64,000 nt of DNA from Clostridia bacterium. Lineage in GTDB: Bacteria > Bacillota > Clostridia > Oscillospirales > CAG-272. The DNA lies in NCBI GenBank assembly GCA_017937135.1, contig JAGBEE010000020.1, positions 78,296 to 142,295 on the forward strand. Direction: 5' to 3'. How positions within the stretch are numbered: position 1 is the first letter of the stretch; each line of letters starts with the position of its first letter. Positions 20,103 to 28,018 of this stretch are shown here, in pieces. Position numbers and translations under genes: made by a program. The notes beneath the pieces are model-generated. The model was not told the origin of the DNA. It saw nothing but the letters and a program-made list of their open reading frames with translations, and ran no database searches.

Positions 20103-20364
20103 TTGTATATTTCATTATTATTCCTCTTATAGAAACTCTTCCTTGTGAAAATGCCAGCATCGAAAGAGATGCACCCTCAATTTTCAAAAGATAATCTTTA
20201 GTACGTATTATAATTTCATTACATTCATATTTTTTTATCCCTATGCAACCATCTATATTCAAAATTGTATTCCCTATAAATTGTGCATTTGGTACATTAC
20301 TTATTCCTTCAAGTGGAATATCAAATTTATCAGAAATAATTTCTTCCAGCTTCTTTTTATGCAT
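20077..20364 (-). CDS. yqfC: sporulation protein YqfC
   Basis: The start was chosen at MHKKKLEEIISDKFDIP, which gives a protein of the expected ~95-aa size. The track's 27-aa N-terminal extension is low-complexity and looks like upstream spacer. Confidence 0.8.
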   Translation of the reverse strand: MHKKKLEEIISDKFDIPLEGISNVPNAQFIGNTILNIDGCIGIKKYECNEIIIRTKDYLLKIEGASLSMLAFSQGRVSIRGIIMKYTIERVGKYD

Positions 20365-20411
20365 TTTAAATACCTCAAAATTCATATAATTGTAATAGTA
20401 AATTTTATGAA

Positions 20412-21500
20412 TTGGATGTGATAATAATAACACGAAAAATAACAAATATTATTTTTACTTTTTCATTAATAATTATATTTATTTTATTTTTGACAAATGT
20501 AAAATATATTTCAAGCTCTATATATTCATCGTTATTCTTTTGCGCTAAACGAGTAATACCTACACTATTTCCTTTTATGTTTTTATGCGAGATATTATCG
20601 AGAAATTTGTCTATTCCAAATAGATTCAATAAATTTTTCTTTAAAATCGCAAATAAATTAGGCATTTGTCAAAAACATATCAAAGCAATTTTTTTAGGAT
20701 GTATATGCGGATTTGTTAATGGTCCAAAATTAATAACTCAAACCGATTCCCCTGCTTCTTTAAATTCAGAAGAAATAACAAGCTCAGTTTTTCTTTCTTC
20801 TAATGCCAGCATTAGTTTCGTTGTAGGAATAGTTGGAGGCTTTATATGGAACAGCTTGACCTTTGGCATTTTTTTATACTTAACACAAATTATCAGCTCA
20901 ATAATTATAAACAAAATATATTTCGATAAAAAGCAATCAATTCTAATTTTTAACAAAGAAAAAACCACCTCATTCTTTAATAGCATATCAAATTCTATAT
21001 ATTCTTCAACTCAGACAATGATAATAATCTGTTCTTACACAATAATCTTCTCTTTAATCATTGATCTATTATCGTTATATTTAGCATCACATCTAAATAG
21101 CGAAATTTTTTCATTTATTGCATCATCTATGGAGTTCACAAAAGGCGTTTATATAGCTACTCAACATAAAAACATTCAGTATTCTGCATTTTTAACAGGA
21201 TTTAGTGTTGGTTTTGGAGGATTATGTGTTGCGGGTCAAACATTCTCTGTATGTGAAGGCTTTAAATTAAAAAAGAGCCTTTATATTGCCCTAAAAGCGA
21301 TACAAGGAGTTATTTGTGGTTTAGCGTCAATTATTTTTGTTACCATTTATAATTTAGAATGTACTAAAGAAAAATTAGTCTTTACAGAAATTAATAGTAA
21401 TTATATTTTTAATTCTATCATAATATCAATTTTTTTATTTTTCTCATTAAAATTATTAAAAATTTTTATCAAATCACATTTTTTTCAAAAGCACTATTGA
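20412..21500 (+). CDS. ylbJ: polytopic membrane protein, YlbJ-like (sporulation integral membrane protein family)
   Basis: About 10 hydrophobic segments. VIPTLFPFMFLCEIL and GFVNGPKL blocks resemble YlbJ. The start is uncertain (TTG 20412). Confidence 0.6.
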   Translation: MDVIIITRKITNIIFTFSLIIIFILFLTNVKYISSSIYSSLFFCAKRVIPTLFPFMFLCEILSRNLSIPNRFNKFFFKIANKLGICQKHIKAIFLGCICGFVNGPKLITQTDSPASLNSEEITSSVFLSSNASISFVVGIVGGFIWNSLTFGIFLYLTQIISSIIINKIYFDKKQSILIFNKEKTTSFFNSISNSIYSSTQTMIIICSYTIIFSLIIDLLSLYLASHLNSEIFSFIASSMEFTKGVYIATQHKNIQYSAFLTGFSVGFGGLCVAGQTFSVCEGFKLKKSLYIALKAIQGVICGLASIIFVTIYNLECTKEKLVFTEINSNYIFNSIIISIFLFFSLKLLKIFIKSHFFQKHY

Positions 21501-21525
21501 TTTTTTGTTAATTTATAATTATAAT
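21497..21525 (+). promoter_or_regulatory. sigma-A-type promoter for the mgtE leader
   Basis: TTGATT, a 17-nt spacer, then TATAAT. Overlaps the ylbJ-like stop codon. Confidence 0.55.
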
Positions 21526-21531
21526 ATTAAC

Positions 21532-21679
21532 AGCAATCAAAAAAGGAGATATGATATGGATACAACTGCCCCTACCAACCCGCGAGGGTATTTAAAAATT
21601 GAACATTGCTTGTGTCAATATCATGACCTTGCATAATTTGTTTTTTATACCCTCTTATCTATAAAATAGGAGGATTAAA
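21532..21679 (+). promoter_or_regulatory. mgtE 5' leader with a candidate 26-codon leader ORF (21556-21636) and alternative helices, one sequestering the SD
   Basis: AGGAG lies 7 nt before ATG 21556. GAGGGTAT (21584-21591) is complementary to ATACCCTC (21647-21654). CCTCTTAT (21651-21658) is complementary to ATAGGAGG (21666-21673, the mgtE SD). I found no M-box core. Confidence 0.35.
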
Positions 21680-23053
21680 ATGGAAGAAATTAAAGAAATT
21701 ATAAATACCATAGATGAGTTGTTAGAAACTCACAATTACTCTGGAATAAAAAATCTTTTAAAAGATTTTGAACCAGCTGACCTTTCACTGGTTTTAGAGG
21801 AATTTCCTAAAAAAATTGGCACACTTTTTCGTCTTTTGCCCAAGGATCTCGCGGCAGAATGCTTTGTAGAGATGGAATCTGATAACCAAGAAAGACTTCT
21901 CTCTTCTTTTACAGATAAAGAATTAAAAGAGGTTATGGACGAAATTTACATTGACGATACCGTCGATATTATTGAGGAAATGCCCGCTAACGTTGTTAAA
22001 AGGATTTTAAACAACTCTGATCCTGAAACACGAAAAGTGATAAATGAAATTCTAAAATATCCTGATGATTCGGCTGGCAGTTTAATGACTACTGAGTATG
22101 TAAGTCTTGATGCAGATATAACCGTTGAAGATGCACTAAAAAGAATCAGACGTACAGGTGTTGATAAAGAAACTATTTATACTTGCTATGTTACAAAGCC
22201 TGATCGTACTTTGCTCGGATATGTTACAGCAAAAAAGCTCTTACTTTCAAGTGAAGATATGATTATTGCAGATATTATGGAAACGAGTGTAATTTTTGTT
22301 CATACACATGAGGACAAAGAGGTTGTAGCCAAGGAAATGAGTAAATACGACCTTCTTGCACTCCCAGTTGTTGATGCTGAAGAGCGTCTCGTAGGTATTA
22401 TAACAGTTGACGACGCAATTGACGTTATCGAGGAGGAAGCAACCGAGGATATTGAAAAAATGGCTGCTATTATTCCCTCGGATAAACCTTATTTAAATAC
22501 CAATCCATTCGAAATTTGGAAAAACAGAATGCCTTGGCTTATATTACTCATGCTTTCAGCAACCTTTACCAGCCAAATTATAACATCATTTGAAGAAAAA
22601 CTTGCTACATGCCTGGTATTGAATGCATTTATACCAATGATAATGGGATCAGGTGGTAATGCTGGTGGACAAACATCAGTAACAATTATTCGTGGTTTAG
22701 CTCTTGAAGAAATAACTATGGGCGATATTTTTAAAATTTTGTTTAAGGAACTTAGGGTTTCGCTTTTGTGTGGCATTACTCTTGGAGCTGCTACCTTTGT
22801 TAAAATGATGTTAATTGATCGACTTCTTTTGGGAAATCTTGCAGTTGACGTAAAAATCGCTTTAGTTGTTAGCTTTACTCTATTGGTTACTATCATAGTT
22901 GCTAAACTAGTTGGCTGTATGCTTCCTGTTTTAGCGAAACGCCTTGGCTTTGACCCTGCAGTTATGGCGAGCCCTTTCATAACTACTATTGTTGATGTTC
23001 TATCACTCTTGATTTATTTTGGAATTTCAACTGCTTTTGTATTAAATATTTAA
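21680..23053 (+). CDS. mgtE: magnesium transporter MgtE
   Basis: N-domain, tandem CBS and a C-terminal TM domain with the GGNAGGQ motif. Confidence 0.95.
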   Translation: MEEIKEIINTIDELLETHNYSGIKNLLKDFEPADLSLVLEEFPKKIGTLFRLLPKDLAAECFVEMESDNQERLLSSFTDKELKEVMDEIYIDDTVDIIEEMPANVVKRILNNSDPETRKVINEILKYPDDSAGSLMTTEYVSLDADITVEDALKRIRRTGVDKETIYTCYVTKPDRTLLGYVTAKKLLLSSEDMIIADIMETSVIFVHTHEDKEVVAKEMSKYDLLALPVVDAEERLVGIITVDDAIDVIEEEATEDIEKMAAIIPSDKPYLNTNPFEIWKNRMPWLILLMLSATFTSQIITSFEEKLATCLVLNAFIPMIMGSGGNAGGQTSVTIIRGLALEEITMGDIFKILFKELRVSLLCGITLGAATFVKMMLIDRLLLGNLAVDVKIALVVSFTLLVTIIVAKLVGCMLPVLAKRLGFDPAVMASPFITTIVDVLSLLIYFGISTAFVLNI

Positions 23054-23084
23054 AAAAAGACCGTTTCAAAAACGGTCTTTTTTG
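23054..23084 (+). terminator. rho-independent terminator after mgtE
   Basis: AGACCGTT / AACGGTCT stem followed by TTTTT. Confidence 0.85.
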
Positions 23085-23117
23085 AATATTATATAAATAG
23101 GCATTTGCCAAAAGGAG

Positions 23118-23342
23118 GTGCATTATATCTGCATTGCGTCCTTAAAGTCAATGACCTATGCATTAAAAGCCAAAAAAGCATTGACAGAAAACTATATTGA
23201 TTCAGAAATTATCAAATTAGAACCATATATGAGCAAAAAAGGTTGTTCATATGGGATAAGGTTTGATTGTGTAAATCTATATGCTGTAGAAAGTGTTTTT
23301 AAAAGAAAATCTGTAAAGTATACAGAAATAATAAATATTTAA
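23118..23342 (+). CDS. DUF3343-like small protein (putative S/Se carrier-like)
   Basis: About 72 aa. Pattern YICIASLKS..ALKAKKAL...CSYGIRF. Adjacent to a cysteine desulfurase. The start is problematic (see findings). Confidence 0.65.
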   Translation: MHYICIASLKSMTYALKAKKALTENYIDSEIIKLEPYMSKKGCSYGIRFDCVNLYAVESVFKRKSVKYTEIINI

Positions 23343-23352
23343 GGTAATCCGT

Positions 23353-24492
23353 ATGATTTATTTGGATAATGCTGCTACTACGTTTCCTAAGCCTCAATGT
23401 GTTTCTGACGAAATAATTAAATGTATAAAAAAATATTGTGGTAACCCTGGGAGAAGCTCGCACAAACTATCAATAACGAGTGCAGAAAAAATCTATGAAA
23501 CTCGTATATTATTGTCAGAATTATTTAATGCAGAACCAGAAAATGTAGTTTTCACCTACAATACCACTTACGCGTTAAATATAGCTATAAAGTCGCTTAT
23601 AAAATATTCATCTCATGTATTGATAAGTGATATTGAGCATAATTCAGTTATTAGACCAATTCATGAATTGAGCTTAAAAAAGCTTTGTTCATATGACGTA
23701 TTTTCAACCGATGGAACTACCGATGACATTATAAATAGCATAAATTCTAAAATAAAGAAAAATACTTCTCTTATTGTTTGTACTCATGTTTCAAACGTAG
23801 GTTGTAGATGTCTGCCAATAAAAGATATTGGAAAGATATGTAAAGAAAACAATATTAAATTCATCGTAGATGGAGCACAAAGTGCAGGTATTCATAATAT
23901 AAACATAAAAGAAATGAATATTGATGCGCTGTGCATCCCAGGTCACAAGGGTTTATACGGACCTCAAGGAGTTGGTGCAATAATATATAACAACGAGAAA
24001 ACTGAGCGAAGCATTATCCAAGGTGGTACAGGAATTAACTCCTTAGAGCTTACTATGCCAAATTTTCTGCCAGAACGATTTGAAGCCGGAACATTATCAA
24101 CGCCTTGCATTGCAGGCTTGTGTGAGTCTTTAAAATGGCTAAAAAAGATAGGTGTAGAGAATGTAAAAAGGCATGAGGAGGAATTGTATACTCTTTTAGT
24201 AGATCTTTTTTGCGAAAATAATGATGTTTCTTTATATTTAATGAACGATTATCCTGGTAACACATTACTATTTAATGTTAATGGAATATCAGCTACTACT
24301 ATCGCAAACGAATTAAATAATAGAGATATATGTGTTCGTAGCGGCTTTCATTGTTCTCCCTTTGCTCATAGGTTGCTTAAAACCGAAAAAAGTGGTGCCA
24401 TTAGAGTGAGTTTTAGTGTGTTTAATACTAAAAACAACATCTATACATTTTTTGATAATTTAACGGATATAATTTGTACAATAAAAAAGTAG
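23353..24492 (+). CDS. cysteine desulfurase family protein (class V aminotransferase fold)
   Basis: PLP-lysine context IPGHKGLYGPQGVG. Catalytic Cys context VRSGFHCSP. Confidence 0.85.
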   Translation: MIYLDNAATTFPKPQCVSDEIIKCIKKYCGNPGRSSHKLSITSAEKIYETRILLSELFNAEPENVVFTYNTTYALNIAIKSLIKYSSHVLISDIEHNSVIRPIHELSLKKLCSYDVFSTDGTTDDIINSINSKIKKNTSLIVCTHVSNVGCRCLPIKDIGKICKENNIKFIVDGAQSAGIHNINIKEMNIDALCIPGHKGLYGPQGVGAIIYNNEKTERSIIQGGTGINSLELTMPNFLPERFEAGTLSTPCIAGLCESLKWLKKIGVENVKRHEEELYTLLVDLFCENNDVSLYLMNDYPGNTLLFNVNGISATTIANELNNRDICVRSGFHCSPFAHRLLKTEKSGAIRVSFSVFNTKNNIYTFFDNLTDIICTIKK

Positions 24493-24502
24493 GAATCAAT
24501 AT

Positions 24503-24991
24503 TTAGATTCCTACTTCTCTTTTTAAAATTTTTTTAGTACATAACACAAGTAACATATAAAGAAAAACACCAAAAATTGAGCCTGATGTGTCAATCAAAA
24601 CATCTATAAAAGATGGCGCTCTTCCATTTGATAAATTTTGATATAAAAATTCATCTATCATACCATAACAAAAAGAAGTACATACAGAAAAAATATAAAG
24701 ATAATACTTTTTTAATTTTACTGTTTGTACAAAAGCATTTGCTAGGCAAAATCCTAGTAACATATAAACTGAAAAATGTCCAATTTTTCTAACAGGAAAC
24801 TGAAATTTATTTATAACCTCTTCTGTTATTTCGTTTTCATCCATAAAGATATTTAAAACATTTTCAATAACTCCTTTGCTTGTCTCCGATGATGTCTCTT
24901 TATTTTCAAAAGAAAATTTCAAAATTAAGAGCATTGAAACAGCAACTAAAAGCCAAGAAATTGTTATAAATACAAATCTTTTTTTATTCAT
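24503..24991 (-). CDS. VanZ-family membrane protein
   Basis: 162 aa with 4-5 TM segments. VanZ-like block RKIGHFSVYMLLG. Confidence 0.7.
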   Translation of the reverse strand: MNKKRFVFITISWLLVAVSMLLILKFSFENKETSSETSKGVIENVLNIFMDENEITEEVINKFQFPVRKIGHFSVYMLLGFCLANAFVQTVKLKKYYLYIFSVCTSFCYGMIDEFLYQNLSNGRAPSFIDVLIDTSGSIFGVFLYMLLVLCTKKILKREVGI

Positions 24992-25634
24992 CTAAAAGCT
25001 CCGCAGCATTCGGTATACATGGTGATTTAAAAAAAGCTGTTCCTAATACAAAAATATCAGCGCCTGCTTTTTTTGATATTTTTAATGTTTCTTCGTTTAT
25101 TCCTCCGTCAACTTGAATGTCAACACTTAAGTCTAATTGAGTTATTTTTTCTTTAATAGCAGTAACCTTTTTCATCATATCGTGCATGAATTTTTGTCCA
25201 CCAAAACCTGGCTCAACAGTCATAACTAACACCATATCAATTAGTTCCAAATATGGAAAAATTTCTTCAGCTACTGTACCTGGCTTTAATGACAATCCTA
25301 CTTTTTTACCTTTACTATGAATTAATTCTATTGCATTAATTATTCTTTCGTTATCAAGTGCTTCGATATGAAATGTTATAATATCTGCACCACATGATAT
25401 AAAATCATTAATATATCTATCCGGCTCAACGATCATGGCATGAACATCTAAAATTAAATCTGTGCATTTTCTTACACAGGAAATCACAGGCATACCAAAA
25501 CTAATATTGGGAACAAAACATCCATCCATAACGTCGATATGAACATATTTTGACCCAGACTCTTCTATTTTTTTTATTTCAGCTCCTAAATTTAACATAT
25601 CAGAAGCTAAAATTGATGGTGCTAAAGTTTTCAT
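24984..25634 (-). CDS. rpe: ribulose-phosphate 3-epimerase
   Basis: VHIDVMDGCFVPN and VMTVEPGFGGQKF. Confidence 0.95.
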   Translation of the reverse strand: MKTLAPSILASDMLNLGAEIKKIEESGSKYVHIDVMDGCFVPNISFGMPVISCVRKCTDLILDVHAMIVEPDRYINDFISCGADIITFHIEALDNERIINAIELIHSKGKKVGLSLKPGTVAEEIFPYLELIDMVLVMTVEPGFGGQKFMHDMMKKVTAIKEKITQLDLSVDIQVDGGINEETLKISKKAGADIFVLGTAFFKSPCIPNAAELLDE

Positions 25635-25746
25635 AAAATCCTCTCAATTTTATTTTGTGACAAAATTTAATTTATTGTATAATATAATATAGAGTTATTC
25701 TCACGAACAATGGGTAAGATGGGAATAATAAACTATAAGACGTGTG

Positions 25747-26232
25747 CTATAAAGTCTTGCCCTTGTTCGTCAACAAGCAAACGCAATGTGCGCTTATTCC
25801 TTCTCCTCTTCCTGTAAATCCAAGCTTTTCTTCAGTGGTAGCTTTAACATTAACACAATCTTCATCTATACCAAGCGTATTAGCAATATTTTTTTTCATA
25901 TCTAATATGTATGGCATCATTTTAGGTGCTTGAGCAATTATTGTACTATCAATATTTTCTACCACATATCCTTTTTTTGTTATTATTTGATTAACTATTG
26001 ATAGTAAACATAAGCTATTTACATTTTTATATGAATCATCATTATCCGGAAAATGGTAACCTATATCCCTTTCTGCAGCAGCTCCTAAAATAGCATCCGC
26101 AATAGCATGAACTAAAACATCTCCATCTGAATGAGCTAAGAGACTTTTGTTAAATGGGATTTTTACTCCACCAATTATTACATAGTTGCCTTCAGTAAAA
26201 CGATGTACATCATATCCATGCCCTATTCTCAT
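25747..26232 (-). CDS. ispF: 2-C-methyl-D-erythritol 2,4-cyclodiphosphate synthase
   Basis: MRIGHGYDVHRF and HSDGDVLVHA. Confidence 0.95.
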   Translation of the reverse strand: MRIGHGYDVHRFTEGNYVIIGGVKIPFNKSLLAHSDGDVLVHAIADAILGAAAERDIGYHFPDNDDSYKNVNSLCLLSIVNQIITKKGYVVENIDSTIIAQAPKMMPYILDMKKNIANTLGIDEDCVNVKATTEEKLGFTGRGEGISAHCVCLLTNKGKTL

Positions 26233-26996
26233 TCCTCGTTCTCCTCCTTGCGCGACATCAAAATTGCTTCTGCCAACGAAATATCATTTTTAACTGTTAT
26301 TTTTATATTTTCTCTTCCTGTTTCAACTAATTTAACCTTCTCTCCATATGCTTCTACAAGCATACAGTCATCGGTAGCATTAACTCCATTCTCTTTTGCA
26401 TTTTCTATGCAAAGTTGATATAAATTCTTTTCAAAAATTTGTGGGGTTTGAACGTTCCACATTAGCTCTCTATTTACTGTTTTAACTATAAATCCATTTT
26501 CATCAGAAACCTTTACTGTATCAGTGACTTGGGTGGCAGCAGTGGCAGCATTATATTGTTTAGCAACAGTAGCAACCTTAGTAATTATCTTAGGTGTTAC
26601 TAAGCATCTTGCGCCATCGTGAATTGCAACGTACTTTGATTTAGGCGAAACATGTTTAAATCCGCGCATAGCAGAAATTTGACGTGTTTCACCGCCAATT
26701 ACAATACATTCGACCTTTCGAAAACCGAATTCGCATACAAGCTGCTCATATTCTTGTGCATCTTCCTTACGGACAACCAATATTATTTCTCTAATATCTT
26801 CACAGCCATCAAAAGCCTCTATCGTATGCGCAATAACGCTTTTTCCACAAACTGTTGCTAATTGTTTACTTTCAGTTCCTTGAGAAAACCTCGTTGAATT
26901 TCCCGCACATAAAATGATAGCTGAAACATCGCCATGTGGCTTTCCTCTAAAGAGATTTCCAATTATGCTAAATAAACCCAACTTTATTTCCTCCAT
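26229..26996 (-). CDS. ispD: 2-C-methyl-D-erythritol 4-phosphate cytidylyltransferase
   Basis: AIILCAGNSTRF. 4-nt overlap with ispF. ATG 26996 has no SD. The sequence ATGGAGGAA itself provides GGAGGAA 6 nt before an in-frame TTG at 26981, which may be the true start. Confidence 0.88.
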   Translation of the reverse strand: MEEIKLGLFSIIGNLFRGKPHGDVSAIILCAGNSTRFSQGTESKQLATVCGKSVIAHTIEAFDGCEDIREIILVVRKEDAQEYEQLVCEFGFRKVECIVIGGETRQISAMRGFKHVSPKSKYVAIHDGARCLVTPKIITKVATVAKQYNAATAATQVTDTVKVSDENGFIVKTVNRELMWNVQTPQIFEKNLYQLCIENAKENGVNATDDCMLVEAYGEKVKLVETGRENIKITVKNDISLAEAILMSRKEENEE

Positions 26997-27049
26997 ATCT
27001 AGTGTTTTCTACAGTATAACATAAAATAAAATAAAAATAAATAGATAAA

Positions 27050-27076
27050 TAAAAAAAGAACCGAAATTCGGTTCAA
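27050..27076 (-). terminator. terminator downstream of the BlaI-like gene
   Basis: GAACCGAA / TTCGGTTC stem followed by T7 on the minus strand. Confidence 0.7.
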
Positions 27077-27156
27077 ATTTTAAAATCCGTAATTCGGTGA
27101 AGAATACTCCTATATACCCCTCACCGACACATATACGAATTTAACATCGAAAGCAA

Positions 27157-27534
27157 TCAATATTGTTGTTGCAACCATCTCAACATTTCGTCAAGTTCAT
27201 TTGAAGAAAGTGAGTTTTTACCATACATAAGATCCATCATTTTTACAAATGAGCCTGAATGATACCTTTCAATAAAATCAAAAGTTACACCACGTATGTA
27301 TTCTTCCTTTTTAGCATCGGTGTAATAATATCTTTCTTTTCCCTTTTTCTCAGAATGTATAAAGCCTCTTTCTTCGAGTCTTGAAAGAAATGAAATTAGA
27401 GTGGGTGCTTTCCACCCCTTGTGCTTTCCGACATTTTCCATAAGATAAGCTGTGTTTACCGGTGAAACCTTACAGTCCCAAAGTGCGACCATCACATCGA
27501 ACTCCGCTTCCGGCAACTTTCTTATATTGTCCAT
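27157..27534 (-). CDS. BlaI/MecI/CopY-family winged-helix repressor
   Basis: 125 aa. LPEAEFDVMVALW...W.APTLISFLSRLEERGF...EKKGKERYYY is the family pattern. There is no BlaR1/MecR1-type sensor gene nearby. Confidence 0.85.
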   Translation of the reverse strand: MDNIRKLPEAEFDVMVALWDCKVSPVNTAYLMENVGKHKGWKAPTLISFLSRLEERGFIHSEKKGKERYYYTDAKKEEYIRGVTFDFIERYHSGSFVKMMDLMYGKNSLSSNELDEMLRWLQQQY

Positions 27535-27568
27535 GTCAATTTCCCTTTCTTTTTAGTGACGCTTCTAT

Positions 27569-27610
27569 ATTATACACTTGTCTAATATGTTTGTCAACAG
27601 TATTTGACAA
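27569..27610 (-). promoter_or_regulatory. consensus promoter of the BlaI-like gene overlapped by a candidate operator
   Basis: On the minus strand: TTGACA (27597-27592), a 17-nt spacer, TATAAT (27574-27569). The inverted repeat TTGTCAA-N6-TTGACAA (27591-27610) covers the -35. Confidence 0.6.
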
Positions 27611-27621
27611 TTTTTTTCAAA

Positions 27622-27650
27622 TAAAAAAGCACCGTTTTTAAAACGGTGCG
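27622..27650 (-). terminator. terminator downstream of the orphan ACP gene
   Basis: GCACCG...CGGTGC stem followed by TTTTTT on the minus strand. Confidence 0.8.
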
Positions 27651-27665
27651 ACAAGTGTACGATTT

Positions 27666-27890
27666 TCAAGAAAATTTTTTTGTTACAATTTCCTCTATAT
27701 CCTTAGCGGTTCTTATATCAACTATCTCTTCGTCCTCAAATCTTACTCCAAATGCATGCTCTACATCCATTATGATTTTTAAAACAGACAGTGAATCAAT
27801 ATCTAAATCTAAAATATTAGTGTCTTCATTTAATAGATTTATATCTATTTTTGCATAAAATGCAATAGTTTCTAAAATCTTTTCAAGCAT
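27666..27890 (-). CDS. acyl/peptidyl carrier protein (divergent, monocistronic)
   Basis: 74 aa. Phosphopantetheine-site-like DIDSLSVLKIIMDVE. It has its own promoter (TTGAAA-17-TATAAT, 27948-27920) and its own terminator. Confidence 0.7.
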   Translation of the reverse strand: MLEKILETIAFYAKIDINLLNEDTNILDLDIDSLSVLKIIMDVEHAFGVRFEDEEIVDIRTAKDIEEIVTKKFS

Positions 27891-27919
27891 TTTATATCCT
27901 CCTAATTGTCACTATTGTC

Positions 27920-27948
27920 ATTATATACTTTTTTAGACGATATTTCAA
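27920..27948 (-). promoter_or_regulatory. promoter of the ACP gene
   Basis: On the minus strand: TTGAAA, a 17-nt spacer, TATAAT. Tandem ATTGTCA repeats (27905-27911, 27914-27920) run from the RBS up to the -10, and the second ends on its first base. Confidence 0.55.
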
Positions 27949-27966
27949 GATTTTTTCTTAAAATTA

Positions 27967-27995
27967 TTGACTTTACTTGGTTTTTTGTCTATAAT
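27967..27995 (+). promoter_or_regulatory. promoter of the ROK-like wHTH gene
   Basis: TTGACT, a 17-nt spacer, TATAAT, 23 nt upstream of the ATG and its GGAG SD. Confidence 0.6.
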
Positions 27996-28018
27996 TTTTT
28001 TGCAAAGGAGTGTGAAAC

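Noticed and set aside
20365-20665. A 27-aa extension of yqfC and an 86-aa minus-strand ORF (20405-20665).
   Set aside because: The extension is low-complexity spacer upstream of the conserved MHKKK start. The 86-aa ORF lies antisense to the ylbJ-like gene and has no signals of its own.
21532-21679. An M-box (ykoK) Mg2+ riboswitch would be expected upstream of mgtE.
   Set aside because: I could not locate the conserved M-box core, and the leader (~148 nt, very AT-rich) is at or below the size I would expect for it. I kept this region as an alternative leader hypothesis. An Rfam scan is needed to be sure.
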